Shown: positions 18,824-28,686, counted from the first letter of the stretch. The stretch: DNA of 64,000 bases from an uncultured Gammaproteobacteria bacterium (GCA_964503465.1 CAZCYZ010000001.1:129702-193701); one strand, 5' to 3'. Translations and numbers: made by a program. Notes: generated from the sequence alone by a model not told the origin.

Positions 18824-21800
18824 GTGATCAATAGTTTTGATTCCGAATATCAAAAGCTTAATTCCGACCAAAAACTAGCCGTCGATACTACCGATGGTCC
18901 AGTCATGGTTGTCGCCGGTGCTGGCACTGGCAAAACTCAAACTATTGCTCTCCGCATTGCCAACATCCTCCAAAAGACTCAAATCGGCCCTAGCAACATT
19001 CTCTGTTTAACCTTTACTGACTCGGCCGCTATCAACATGCGCCAGCGTTTGTCATCCATTATTGGCCCCGATGCCTATTCAGTTCGCATCAGCACCTTTC
19101 ATTCGTTTTGTCAGTCGATTATCAAACACCATCCCGAGCATTTTCTTCAGTTTCACTCCGATTCCGAAGCCCTGGACAAAATCGAACAAATTCAAATCAT
19201 TCAATCCTTGATCGATAAACTTCCTCCCAATAGCCCTCTGACCAGCTCCGTCGAAATCTACTATGCCCAAAACCAAATAATTTCGGCCATCGAATCACTT
19301 AAAAAAGAAAGTATTTCTTCATCAGTTCTTGCTGATCTAATCAATCAATCCAGTCAATTCCTTCAATCGGCTGCCAGCTGTTACCAACAACTAAAAACCA
19401 TTCGGGCCGACAAAAAAAATCTTAATCAAATCATCGATATCGTGAATAAGTTAATTAAATTACCCAACATTAATTCCACTTACCAAACCAAAATTTCCTC
19501 ACTTGTCAAAGATCACTTAACTTCAGCCAAAGAAATCAAAACTTCAATTATTTGTTTTTATGAAAACTGCCAAAAAAACCTTCCCAAACAACAATCTCTC
19601 CTTTGGCTGTTTATCGAGTATCAACAACAACTTAGCTCTCGCCACCTCTTTGATTTTGATGACATGATCCTCTCAGTCATCGATCTTTTCAAAAATAAAC
19701 CAGAAATTTTGGCTGAATATCAGGAAAGATTCCAATATATCCTTGTTGATGAGTATCAAGACACAAATTCTTCTCAAAACCAAATTATTGATTTACTTGC
19801 CGGTTCTGATTTCCCTAATGTTTTTGTCGTTGGTGACGACGACCAATCAATTTTCCGCTTTCAGGGAGCTAGCACTGAAAATGTTTATCACTTCTATCTT
19901 CGTTATCACCCCCAACTGGTTGTCCTTCGCAATAATTACCGCAGTCATAGATTAATTTTAGCTTCAAGCCAAACACTTATTAACCGCAATCTCAATCGAA
20001 TTGCTACCAAAATTAGTAATATTGACAAGACTTTGATTGCCTCTCGGGATTACGACCCCGACCCAATCAATTTTTATGTTGCCCAGTCAAACATTGAAGA
20101 AAATTATTGTCTGGCTTCTTCCATTAAAAAACTTACTGATACCGGAGTAGATCCGAACCATATTGCCGTTTTAGTTCGAAATAATGCCGATATTGATGAT
20201 CTCCTGCCAGCATTATCAAGTTTCAATATCAAATACACCAAAGATTTTAGTATCAACATTCTTCTCCAACCGCCAATCATTCAACTTATTGACCTCCTTC
20301 GTTTGCTCTCCAATCCAACTGATTCCATTCTTTTTGGTAAAGTTCTAAATTTTCAGTTCCTAAATTTCCCCGCAATTGACCTTTATCGTCACTTCCACCA
20401 ACAACCAACATCTGACAAGTTTGTCAAACGTCTTGATAGGTTTACTGACCGTCTTGCTAAATTTCAAAAACAAAAGTTAAATCTTCCACCTGACAGACTT
20501 TTCAATCGCCTTATCCGTCGTTTTGGTTACCTAAAATGGGTTCTGCGTTGCCGTAATCTCGAACTCCTAAAACAACTCGACCGACTTTACCAGGAATTTA
20601 AAGTTAACTACACCGACAAAAGGCTGACTTTCGATCAAATAGTCTCCCGCCTTTCAACCCATTTTGATAGCAACCTATCCCTCAATTGTCCACCGCTTTT
20701 GTCCGAGTCGGTTAACTGCGTTCGTCTCATGACTATTCACAAAGCTAAAGGCTTGGAATTTGACCATGTTTTTCTCCCTAAGGCCCTAGCTTCTCGTTGG
20801 GAAGATGCTCGCGGTCGACAGTCAATTCCCCTTCCGCTTGGAATTATTGCCTCTGAAGTTATTGGCCCCAATTATGACCAAGAGCTTGAGGAAAACCGCC
20901 GTCTCTTTTATGTTGCCTTAACCCGGGCTAAAAACCAAATTTATCTCTCCTACACTCAAAATAATCCCGAAGGTCGGGAACTTCTCCCCACTCGTTTTAT
21001 TGCCGAAATTGACCCCAAAAATATTCAGACTTTTCCCACCGACCCCAATATCGAATCGTCCGCCCTAAAGTTACAGTTCTCCATGCCCAACACCAAATTG
21101 TTCTCGACTCAATTGTCCGACTATCTTCGGTGGTACTTTGCCAACAAATACCGCCTCAATATTACCCACCTTAACTCATATCAAAAATGCCCTCTTTGTT
21201 TTTTCTTCAAAACCATTTTAAAAATTCCTCAAGCCAAGACTATACCACTTTCTTATGGCACTTCTGTTCATGGGGCCCTCGCCTATCTTTTTTCAAGCTA
21301 TAAAAGAACCGATTCCTTAATTCCTCTCAATCAATTTCTTAACATTTTTCAAAATAATTTAGTCAGAGAGAATTTACCACTCAAAAATTTTGACGAATTA
21401 CTGACTCGTGGCCGTCAACAGCTAACCGAATATTACCAGCATTATCAATCAAACTTCAGTGGTCGTTGTCTAGTCGAACATGATTTTCGTCCTTATCTGG
21501 CACGGATCGATGATATCCCTATCACTGGTAAGGTTGACAAGATTGAGATTATTTCTGGAAGAAAAGTCAATGTAGTTGATTTTAAAACTGGTAAACCAGA
21601 CAACAAATATCATGAAATTTCTCGGGAAGGGGATTATTTCCGCCAACTTGTCTTTTACAAGATTCTAGCCGATCACAGTCCTGGCTTTAATTATCAGGTT
21701 GTTTCTGGTTCAATTGACTTTATTCAGACCAACTCTCGCAACCAATTTGTCCGTCGTGATTACGACATTACTCCTTCCGACATTTCATCCCTCACTAGCA

Positions 21801-21928
21801 TTATCAAAGATACCTATCAAAAAGTTATCTCTTTAAATTTTTCCCAAAACCCATCCTGCCCCGACCACGACCACCTTCATCATCTTGCTTCCAAATACTT
21901 TTTCACTTGTTCCTCGATCCAGGGGTAA
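18824..21928 (+). CDS. UvrD-like SF1 helicase fused to a C-terminal PD-(D/E)XK (RecB/AddA-type) nuclease domain
   Basis: 1034 aa with a GTG start. Helicase motifs: VVAGAGTGKTQT, ILVDEYQDTN, VGDDDQSIFRFQGA, NYRS and TIHKAKGLEFDHVFL. Nuclease-domain motifs: YQKCPLCFFF, GKVDKIE, VVDFKTGK and RQLVFYKIL. Confidence 0.85.
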   Translation: MINSFDSEYQKLNSDQKLAVDTTDGPVMVVAGAGTGKTQTIALRIANILQKTQIGPSNILCLTFTDSAAINMRQRLSSIIGPDAYSVRISTFHSFCQSIIKHHPEHFLQFHSDSEALDKIEQIQIIQSLIDKLPPNSPLTSSVEIYYAQNQIISAIESLKKESISSSVLADLINQSSQFLQSAASCYQQLKTIRADKKNLNQIIDIVNKLIKLPNINSTYQTKISSLVKDHLTSAKEIKTSIICFYENCQKNLPKQQSLLWLFIEYQQQLSSRHLFDFDDMILSVIDLFKNKPEILAEYQERFQYILVDEYQDTNSSQNQIIDLLAGSDFPNVFVVGDDDQSIFRFQGASTENVYHFYLRYHPQLVVLRNNYRSHRLILASSQTLINRNLNRIATKISNIDKTLIASRDYDPDPINFYVAQSNIEENYCLASSIKKLTDTGVDPNHIAVLVRNNADIDDLLPALSSFNIKYTKDFSINILLQPPIIQLIDLLRLLSNPTDSILFGKVLNFQFLNFPAIDLYRHFHQQPTSDKFVKRLDRFTDRLAKFQKQKLNLPPDRLFNRLIRRFGYLKWVLRCRNLELLKQLDRLYQEFKVNYTDKRLTFDQIVSRLSTHFDSNLSLNCPPLLSESVNCVRLMTIHKAKGLEFDHVFLPKALASRWEDARGRQSIPLPLGIIASEVIGPNYDQELEENRRLFYVALTRAKNQIYLSYTQNNPEGRELLPTRFIAEIDPKNIQTFPTDPNIESSALKLQFSMPNTKLFSTQLSDYLRWYFANKYRLNITHLNSYQKCPLCFFFKTILKIPQAKTIPLSYGTSVHGALAYLFSSYKRTDSLIPLNQFLNIFQNNLVRENLPLKNFDELLTRGRQQLTEYYQHYQSNFSGRCLVEHDFRPYLARIDDIPITGKVDKIEIISGRKVNVVDFKTGKPDNKYHEISREGDYFRQLVFYKILADHSPGFNYQVVSGSIDFIQTNSRNQFVRRDYDITPSDISSLTSIIKDTYQKVISLNFSQNPSCPDHDHLHHLASKYFFTCSSIQG

Positions 21929-22845
21929 GTTAGCTCTACCCCCCGTTTTAATGGAAATTGAGCTTTCCAGCCAGTAGCATAGATTTTGTCGTTACTAAAA
22001 TTTCGTGATTGAACACCAACCGGCCCCCTAATGTGTTTGATGGTAATATTTTTATTAGCCACCTTGGCAACTATTGCCACTAGTTCGTCAACCGAGACAT
22101 ACTCTGGATTACCAATATTCGTTGGTACCGAAACTTCCGAGTCTACTAACTTTCTTATCCCGTCTACCATATCGTCCACATAAGTGTATGACCTTACCGC
22201 CGTTCCGTCCCCCCAAACTTCTATCTCCCCCGAGTCACCTTTGATTTCGGCCACCTTTCGGCATATTGCCGCCGGGGCTTTTTCTCGTCCCCCTTGCCAA
22301 GTTCCTTCAGGTCCATAACAGTTCTGAAATCTGGCTATCCGTACTTTCATCGAGTATTTTCGCCCATACGCTAGCAACATTCTTTCACTATAAAGCTTTT
22401 CCCATCCATATTCATTATCCGGCTGGGCTGGATAAGCCTGTTCTTCGACCATTTCTGGTTCACCGATTTTCATATCACGATACACACAGACCGAAGATGA
22501 AAAAAAATACTTTCTCACCCCTAGTTTGGCGGCGGAGTCAATCATATTAATATTAATTAAGGCGCTATTTCTCATAATTTCGCATTCGGCTGAGTGGATA
22601 AAGCCCATCCCCCCCATATCTGCCGCTAGCTGATAGACCTCATCAAATCCACCGTCTATGGTTAAAGCTTTAATGCAATTTTCTCTTTCCCTCAAATCTA
22701 ATACTAAGAACTCATCTGCGACTGATTTGGTGAATTCATGATTTTTTATATCCACCCCTCTAACCCAATAACCATCTTTTTTTAGCCTCTTAACCAAATG
22801 TCCGCCAATAAAACCTCCTGCTCCCCCAACCAAAACTTTTTTCAT
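21880..22845 (-). CDS. NAD-dependent sugar-nucleotide epimerase/dehydratase (extended SDR, GDP-mannose 3,5-epimerase-like)
   Basis: Rossmann motif GGAGGFIGGHL and catalytic YGWEK (YxxxK). Length is 321 aa. Its 3' end overlaps the convergent helicase gene by 49 nt. Confidence 0.85.
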   Translation of the reverse strand: MKKVLVGGAGGFIGGHLVKRLKKDGYWVRGVDIKNHEFTKSVADEFLVLDLRERENCIKALTIDGGFDEVYQLAADMGGMGFIHSAECEIMRNSALININMIDSAAKLGVRKYFFSSSVCVYRDMKIGEPEMVEEQAYPAQPDNEYGWEKLYSERMLLAYGRKYSMKVRIARFQNCYGPEGTWQGGREKAPAAICRKVAEIKGDSGEIEVWGDGTAVRSYTYVDDMVDGIRKLVDSEVSVPTNIGNPEYVSVDELVAIVAKVANKNITIKHIRGPVGVQSRNFSNDKIYATGWKAQFPLKRGVELTYPWIEEQVKKYLEAR

Positions 22846-22962
22846 ATCTCTAGTCTACATAAATCACTTTAAAAAATCACCCAACTGATTCCAACCTGAA
22901 ATATGTCTGATAATATTTTAGTCCCTTGACAAACCCTACTATAAGTCTTTGACTTAAATAAA

Positions 22963-25900
22963 GTGCGTCCATTCAAGTTTTTTGGGATATTGTTTTGCGC
23001 AGTAGCATTGGCCTTCTTGACCATAAGTCCATCTTTTGCTGTTAATCAAGCCACCATCACTTCCCTGACTGTTTCTGACTCAGCTGTTGGTGCTACCAAT
23101 GTTACCTACACTCTTCAGTTTCAATTAGATACCGAAATTACCGCCGACACAGCCAAGTCAATGAATTTTGATCTCAACAGAATGAGTACCAAAAGTACCT
23201 GGGAAGGTGGAGATCAAACATCCAACATGGCCACGGCCACTGGCACCTTTAGCAGTTTTCAATATGACAGTACTGGTAGTGGTAATTGGGTCGATATTGA
23301 CTTTGGCGGCGCTAGTTATTTTCACAAAGAAATTTCAACCGACAATTCACTGTTAATTTGGGGTCTAGGTTATGTCGACAATAACGACATCCATTCGATT
23401 CAAACAACCATTCCTGTCAACAAAACGGTCAAATTAGTTGTTACTGGTGTTACTAACCCCAATAAAGCCGGTGCTTATACTTTTAGTATTGAAAGTGGTT
23501 TAGGACCAGCTAGTGACACCTACTGGTTGTTGCCCCAGGATTCTCTTGCTCGGGACCGAGCTCTGTATGTTGATATCGGCACCTATTGTTTACGGGCCAA
23601 GATCAAAGATCCTACCGGGGCTACTGCCATTGCCAAGGCCGAACTCTATCTTCACAATTCTAACTGGACCATCACTTCTTGGGGCGGTAGAACTTTTGCC
23701 GATGGTGCTGTCTCTTACTACCCAGATGATTTCTGGTACACTGGCGGTCCGGCCCAGGAAACCTGTCCTACTGGCATAATTACCATCGAAGCCAACCCTC
23801 CAGGTGGCGTAAATACTTATGCCAAGGCTGTCGATAAGACACCCACATTACCGGGGGATAAAGACACTTATTACAATACCCCGATTACTATGTCGGCCAT
23901 TCAGCTTCAGGGTAGACTTCATAATCCTGCCGTCTCCTCTGGTCAGTATCACTATATCACCAACTCTAATGTCAGTTTTACTCCTTCCGACTTTAATCCA
24001 ACGGGGTTTAAAAACACTCAATCCGACAACAACGGAATTTTCAGAATTGGCGGTTTAGCCGTTGGAACTACCTACACCGTTGGATTTATGATGCCTTGGG
24101 ATAGTGGTTACGGAGGTATTAATGTCCCCGATTCATTTCAAGTTGTTGTTGATGCTGACGGGAAAGTAAAAACGGTCGCCGTCGGCGGCACTTGCCCTGA
24201 TTTTGCCGTTAATTGTGATTTGGGTGACATTGATTACACTGTCGCTACTAAGACCATCACCGGTACCCTCAAAGACAGTGATGGTAACCCAATAACCAGT
24301 GGTCGTATTCGAGCTTTTAAAGAAATGGGCATGGGCCAAGCCCAGGACGAGGTCGACTCCAACGGTAATTATTCTCTAACTGTCGGTGGCGGTACCTGGG
24401 GATTGCAGCCTGAACCCAATTGGAATCCTAGTAGTCCTCCCGATTGGTCTTATTGTGGTATGTCTAAATTTTTTGTCTTTGCCGGTGATACTACTGTCGA
24501 GACCAAAACTAGTGCCAATAGTAGTGGTCAAACAGACTTTACCGTCAAGAGAACTACTGTCACCGTCACCGGTGATGTCGTTTACCCCAACGGCAATCCA
24601 CTAACCGGCCAGGGTGGAGTTGAAGTTCGATCCAAGGAAGGTTGCGGTACCTTTGCTCAATTGGATATGAATGGTCATTTTTCCACCAAAGTTGCTCCCG
24701 GAACCTACAATGTTATGGTTCAAGTTTGGGATCAAACATACAGTGCTCCGTCTGTTCAAACCATCACCGTCTCTACCAGTAATTACAATGTTGGGACTCT
24801 CACTCTAACCGAAAAGAAAGACACCATTACTGGCCGAGTTTGGAATGATATCGATGGCGACAATACTTACGATTCCGGCGAGGGAATCAGCGGTCAACAG
24901 ATAAATGCCTCTAAAATGTCCAAAAAATTTGATGAATTTGGCGGTCCAGGCAGTGGTCCGATGATGGGTCCTGGCGGTGGTGATTTTAGCGGTACCACTA
25001 GTGGTAACAATGGAGTTTATTCTCTAAAAGTTACTCCGGGTACCTGGATGATTAATCTTATGTCCGACCCAGGGATGATGGGGGGATATTCCGAAAGCAG
25101 CACTAATTATATTTACAACGGCAGTCCGCTTGAAGTCAATGTTACCTCCTCGGCTAATGGTGGCACCTTCCCTGACAATAATTTTAAACTTACTGTTGCC
25201 GACGCCACCATTAAAGGCAAGCTGGTTGATAGTAACGGTACTGCTATTGCTGGTGTTTGGGGTTTTGCTTTTGCTGATACCGGTTCAGGTGGACCAATGA
25301 TGGGTGCTGGCATGGGGGCTCCGATTCAAAATGGTATCTTCACCATCAAGGTTCCTGCCGGCACTTACAACGTCGGCGTCGAATTTCCTCCCGAATCGTC
25401 TGGGTATACTCCCGCCTCGTCAACTGAAACCACTATCACCGCCGGTGAAACCAAATCAATTGATATTACTGTTAAACCCAATAACCGGAGGATAAAAGTT
25501 AACTTCAAAGACACCAACGGTAACCCTATTACCACCCTTTCTCAAGCTAATATTTTTGCCGACAACAGCAGTGGCGGTCATATGTTTAAAATGCTTTATG
25601 GTTCGGATCTGGTTAGCGGATCAACTACTCTTTCTGTTAGCGAGGGCACTTGGAATATTGGCTACTTCATTGATCCGACTACTAACAACTATATGTCCGA
25701 ACCCATGTCCAAGGACAATGGTATTACTGTTACTAGTGTTCATACTGCCGATAATCCGGCTGTTCTTAATATTACTCTTCGTAGTGCCGATTCAACCATT
25801 TCAGGTACTGTCACCGGTCCAACTGGCACTGCCTTGGCTGGTGTTTGGATTTCCACCGACAACCGTAAAGCCTCAGGATTCTCTAGTGGTGGCCCAATGT

Positions 25901-27366
25901 TCATGACTGGCAGTGCCACCGACTCAAACGGTAGTTATTCTATTTCTTTACCAGCCGGTACCTATAAAGTTCAGGCGTTCTTGCCTCCGTCAATGGGCTA
26001 TATTAATCCAGATGGAGTCGAGGTGACAATCAGTCCAAGTAGCCCTGGCGTCGCCAATTTACAGTTTAGTCAATCCGACGCTACTATTACCGGTTCTGTC
26101 TACCTAAACGAGGTTAAAAAAGGTGCCTTTATTTCCGCCTATTCGGACAAGGGTGGTTATAGTGAAACCAATGCTAATAGTGGTGATTATTCTCTCAATG
26201 TCACCAAGGATGACACTTGGTATGTTCGTGCTATGTACGAAACCGGTTCTGATTTTTACCAAAGCACCATTAACAAAGTCATTATGGCTGGTGCATCCAC
26301 CAAAAGCCAAAATCTTACGCTCACCAAAGCCTCATTCACCTTACCTGATTCAGTTTCAACTACCTTTGACTATCAGAATGCTAAAAAAATTAGTCTTAGT
26401 AACGGTTTCAATCTATCTATCCCTGCCGGCGCCATTCCCCCCACTAGTAACGCTACGGGAGATAACATTACTATCACCATTTCGCCTACCTCACAACTTT
26501 CTACCCAAAATAAGGCCATTCCCATTGGTATTGGTTATGAAATTACTGCCACCGATGACTCTGGTAGTCTTATCACCTCCAATTTTAACGACAATGTCAC
26601 CATTACCATTCCTTACACCGCCACCTATCTTGAGGAGGCGCTTGGTTCCAGTGACGAAACCTTGCTTGATAATGGTTATTGGGATACCACCACTTCTACT
26701 TGGAAAGGTATAACCGGTACCACCATTGACACTACTAATAAGACTATTTCCTTCACGGTTAACCACTTTACCACCTTCTCTATCCTCTCCAACAAAGACC
26801 CCAATACTGTTGGTGGCTCATCCGGTAGCAATTCTACTCAAGCTAGTACCAACAGTAACAGCACTCCAAGTTGCAACAGTCAGGTGCCAGGCAGTGCTCC
26901 AACTTTATTCAGAATCGATCGTACCAAAACCACTGCTAAACTTTACTTTGCTCCCTCCAGCGATCCGGTCACTTATTACTATATTGCTTATGGCCACAAG
27001 GTAGGGGATTATCGCTATGGGGCATCTTTTGACCAAGGACATTCAGGGGGTGTACTAACCTACACTATCAAAAGCCTCAAGCCCAATGTTAAATACTATT
27101 TTTCAATCCGTGCCGGTAACGGTTGCATGCCTGGACCATGGTCAAATTGGTTCCCCAACAAAAATGCCAAAGTAACTCCAGTTACTGCCTCGACATCTCT
27201 CAGGGCAAAAAACAATGCTGCGACTACCAACCTACCTCAACCCTCAATTCCCCCGGTGGTCGAAGCTCTCCCTACTTCTACTCCTCCTCCAAAACCACTT
27301 CCTACCCCCACTCCTAAGAAAAACATTTTTCAACAAGGTCTCGAATGGTTGAGGAAAATCATCTAG
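22963..27366 (+). CDS. giant secreted surface protein with tandem carboxypeptidase-regulatory-like/Ig-like beta-sandwich modules and a C-terminal FN3-like domain
   Basis: 1467 aa with a GTG start and a signal peptide, MRPFKFFGILFCAVALAFLTISPSFA. The module signature recurs: GTLKDSDGNPITSG, GDVVYPNGNPLTG, GKLVDSNGTAIAGV and GTVTGPTGTALAGV, each followed by GxYxV. An SdrD-B-like GRVWNDIDGDNTYDSGE is present. The C-terminus has an FN3-like YYFSIRAGNGCMPGPWS and a Pro-rich tail. Confidence 0.8.
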   Translation: MRPFKFFGILFCAVALAFLTISPSFAVNQATITSLTVSDSAVGATNVTYTLQFQLDTEITADTAKSMNFDLNRMSTKSTWEGGDQTSNMATATGTFSSFQYDSTGSGNWVDIDFGGASYFHKEISTDNSLLIWGLGYVDNNDIHSIQTTIPVNKTVKLVVTGVTNPNKAGAYTFSIESGLGPASDTYWLLPQDSLARDRALYVDIGTYCLRAKIKDPTGATAIAKAELYLHNSNWTITSWGGRTFADGAVSYYPDDFWYTGGPAQETCPTGIITIEANPPGGVNTYAKAVDKTPTLPGDKDTYYNTPITMSAIQLQGRLHNPAVSSGQYHYITNSNVSFTPSDFNPTGFKNTQSDNNGIFRIGGLAVGTTYTVGFMMPWDSGYGGINVPDSFQVVVDADGKVKTVAVGGTCPDFAVNCDLGDIDYTVATKTITGTLKDSDGNPITSGRIRAFKEMGMGQAQDEVDSNGNYSLTVGGGTWGLQPEPNWNPSSPPDWSYCGMSKFFVFAGDTTVETKTSANSSGQTDFTVKRTTVTVTGDVVYPNGNPLTGQGGVEVRSKEGCGTFAQLDMNGHFSTKVAPGTYNVMVQVWDQTYSAPSVQTITVSTSNYNVGTLTLTEKKDTITGRVWNDIDGDNTYDSGEGISGQQINASKMSKKFDEFGGPGSGPMMGPGGGDFSGTTSGNNGVYSLKVTPGTWMINLMSDPGMMGGYSESSTNYIYNGSPLEVNVTSSANGGTFPDNNFKLTVADATIKGKLVDSNGTAIAGVWGFAFADTGSGGPMMGAGMGAPIQNGIFTIKVPAGTYNVGVEFPPESSGYTPASSTETTITAGETKSIDITVKPNNRRIKVNFKDTNGNPITTLSQANIFADNSSGGHMFKMLYGSDLVSGSTTLSVSEGTWNIGYFIDPTTNNYMSEPMSKDNGITVTSVHTADNPAVLNITLRSADSTISGTVTGPTGTALAGVWISTDNRKASGFSSGGPMFMTGSATDSNGSYSISLPAGTYKVQAFLPPSMGYINPDGVEVTISPSSPGVANLQFSQSDATITGSVYLNEVKKGAFISAYSDKGGYSETNANSGDYSLNVTKDDTWYVRAMYETGSDFYQSTINKVIMAGASTKSQNLTLTKASFTLPDSVSTTFDYQNAKKISLSNGFNLSIPAGAIPPTSNATGDNITITISPTSQLSTQNKAIPIGIGYEITATDDSGSLITSNFNDNVTITIPYTATYLEEALGSSDETLLDNGYWDTTTSTWKGITGTTIDTTNKTISFTVNHFTTFSILSNKDPNTVGGSSGSNSTQASTNSNSTPSCNSQVPGSAPTLFRIDRTKTTAKLYFAPSSDPVTYYYIAYGHKVGDYRYGASFDQGHSGGVLTYTIKSLKPNVKYYFSIRAGNGCMPGPWSNWFPNKNAKVTPVTASTSLRAKNNAATTNLPQPSIPPVVEALPTSTPPPKPLPTPTPKKNIFQQGLEWLRKII

Positions 27367-27380
27367 TGTAAAATTACTTT

Positions 27381-28418
27381 GTGATCCCTGTCTATGCTCT
27401 CCTAATTCTGATTCTGGTTGCGATTGTCTATTTTATATATCTTCAGAAAAAAAATAAAACCCAGGAAATAGATTTGTCAAAAGCTATTGATACCCTGGTC
27501 AACATTGCCAACGAAAAGTTAAATGATAAAAACCAGCAAATTCAAATCGATCTTAACAACAAGAAAGATTCCATCGAAAAGATGGTTAAACAAGTTCTCG
27601 ATCAACTTTCGGTCGTTGAAAAAGATCGAATTGGTAGCTTCAATGGTCTAAGGGAAGCCATCGAAAATAGCCGCAAAGTCACTGAACAGCTTTCAATTAC
27701 CACCGAAGGTCTCAAGCGAACCCTAAGTAGCGATCGGATGCGAGGTGCTTTTGGTGAAAGGGTGGCCGAAGATTTACTCAAACAAGCTGGTTTTGTTGTT
27801 GGTACTGACTATAGTAGGCAAGAAGTTTTTGGGGAAGGTCGGCCTGATTTTACTATCTATCTCCCCGACAAAACCAAAATCAACATTGACGCCAAATTTC
27901 CTTATTCCAACCTAGTTAAAATGAGTGAGTCCAATAATGTTGATCAAAAGAATCAATTTCTTAAAGCCTTTGAAATCGACATCAAAAGAAAAATTACCGA
28001 TGTTTCGTCCCGAAACTATATTAACCCCGAGGAAAAAACCGTTGATTTTGTGGTCGTCTTTATCCCCAACGAAATGATCTTCAGTTTTATCTATGAGAAA
28101 TTTCCTGAGTTATTGGAAGAAGCCTTCAACAAAAAAATCGTTTTCGCTGGCCCTTTTAGCTTTGTCGCTATTTTACGCATGGTTCGTCAGGCTTATGACA
28201 ACTTCCGTTATCAAAAGAATATTCAAAACATCATTACTCAAATCAAAATTTTTGAAAAAGAGTTTATTAAATATAACCAGGAATTTCAAAAAATTGGTGC
28301 CAAAATTGATAGTCTTTCCCACCAATATGACGAGGTTGATCACACACGAACTAACAAGCTGTTAAGAGTTGTTGAAAAAATCAACCTTGAAAACCAAAAT
28401 CCTACGGCCATCGAATAA
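27381..28418 (+). CDS. rmuC: DNA recombination protein RmuC
   Basis: 345 aa with an N-terminal TM helix and a coiled coil. Motifs RGAFGERVAEDLLKQAGF, RPDFTIYLPD, INIDAKFP and VVFIPNE are typical of RmuC. The start is GTG. Confidence 0.85.
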   Translation: MIPVYALLILILVAIVYFIYLQKKNKTQEIDLSKAIDTLVNIANEKLNDKNQQIQIDLNNKKDSIEKMVKQVLDQLSVVEKDRIGSFNGLREAIENSRKVTEQLSITTEGLKRTLSSDRMRGAFGERVAEDLLKQAGFVVGTDYSRQEVFGEGRPDFTIYLPDKTKINIDAKFPYSNLVKMSESNNVDQKNQFLKAFEIDIKRKITDVSSRNYINPEEKTVDFVVVFIPNEMIFSFIYEKFPELLEEAFNKKIVFAGPFSFVAILRMVRQAYDNFRYQKNIQNIITQIKIFEKEFIKYNQEFQKIGAKIDSLSHQYDEVDHTRTNKLLRVVEKINLENQNPTAIE

Positions 28419-28686
28419 ATTGCCACTCTTCCTCTGGCTGTTGTTTGTTCTAGGAGTTATTTTTGTCCCTCCAAGCTCACCAGTTGTGGTAATTACTTTT
28501 TTTCTCCTCTTATTCTTGTGTCTTTTTGGAACCATAGGAATTTTCGTTCGTCCATTTCGTCGTCGATTAGTTCTTAGTCTCTGTCCAATTATTATTCTAG
28601 GATTACTTTTTGGTCGCCTTTTAAGCCCCATTAGTTTGGTTCTGGTTCTCGCTTTGACCTTCATTTTCCTCCTTGACACCCGTTAG
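28369..28686 (+). CDS. small hydrophobic membrane protein (start uncertain; a TTG at 28420 lies just after the rmuC stop)
   Basis: Three predicted TM helices (LFLWLLFVLGVIFV, VVVITFFLLLFLCLFGTIGIF, LCPIIILGLLFG...LVLVLALTFIFLL). It is on the same strand as its neighbours. The mirror ORF on the minus strand is Arg/Lys low-complexity. Confidence 0.35.
   Translation: MLKKSTLKTKILRPSNKLPLFLWLLFVLGVIFVPPSSPVVVITFFLLLFLCLFGTIGIFVRPFRRRLVLSLCPIIILGLLFGRLLSPISLVLVLALTFIFLLDTR

Noticed and set aside
18824-21928. Assigning the helicase region to Hachiman, Gabija or Nhi-type defence
   Set aside because: The helicase-nuclease looks like the AddA/RecB-type repair fusion common in small genomes. No GajA-like ATPase-TOPRIM, DUF1837 or other signature partner is visible.
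23513-27317. Many 60-196-aa ORFs in other frames or on the other strand inside the giant surface-protein gene (for example 26123-26713 and 25556-25906)
   Set aside because: The 1467-aa frame has a signal peptide and repeated domain signatures. The others are consequences of the biased Gly/Thr/Pro codon composition.
28362-28679. 105-aa Arg/Lys-rich minus-strand ORF mirroring the 28369-28686 membrane ORF
   Set aside because: It is an exact mirror of a + strand ORF that encodes plausible TM helices and matches the local strand polarity. The minus-strand product is poly-basic low-complexity.
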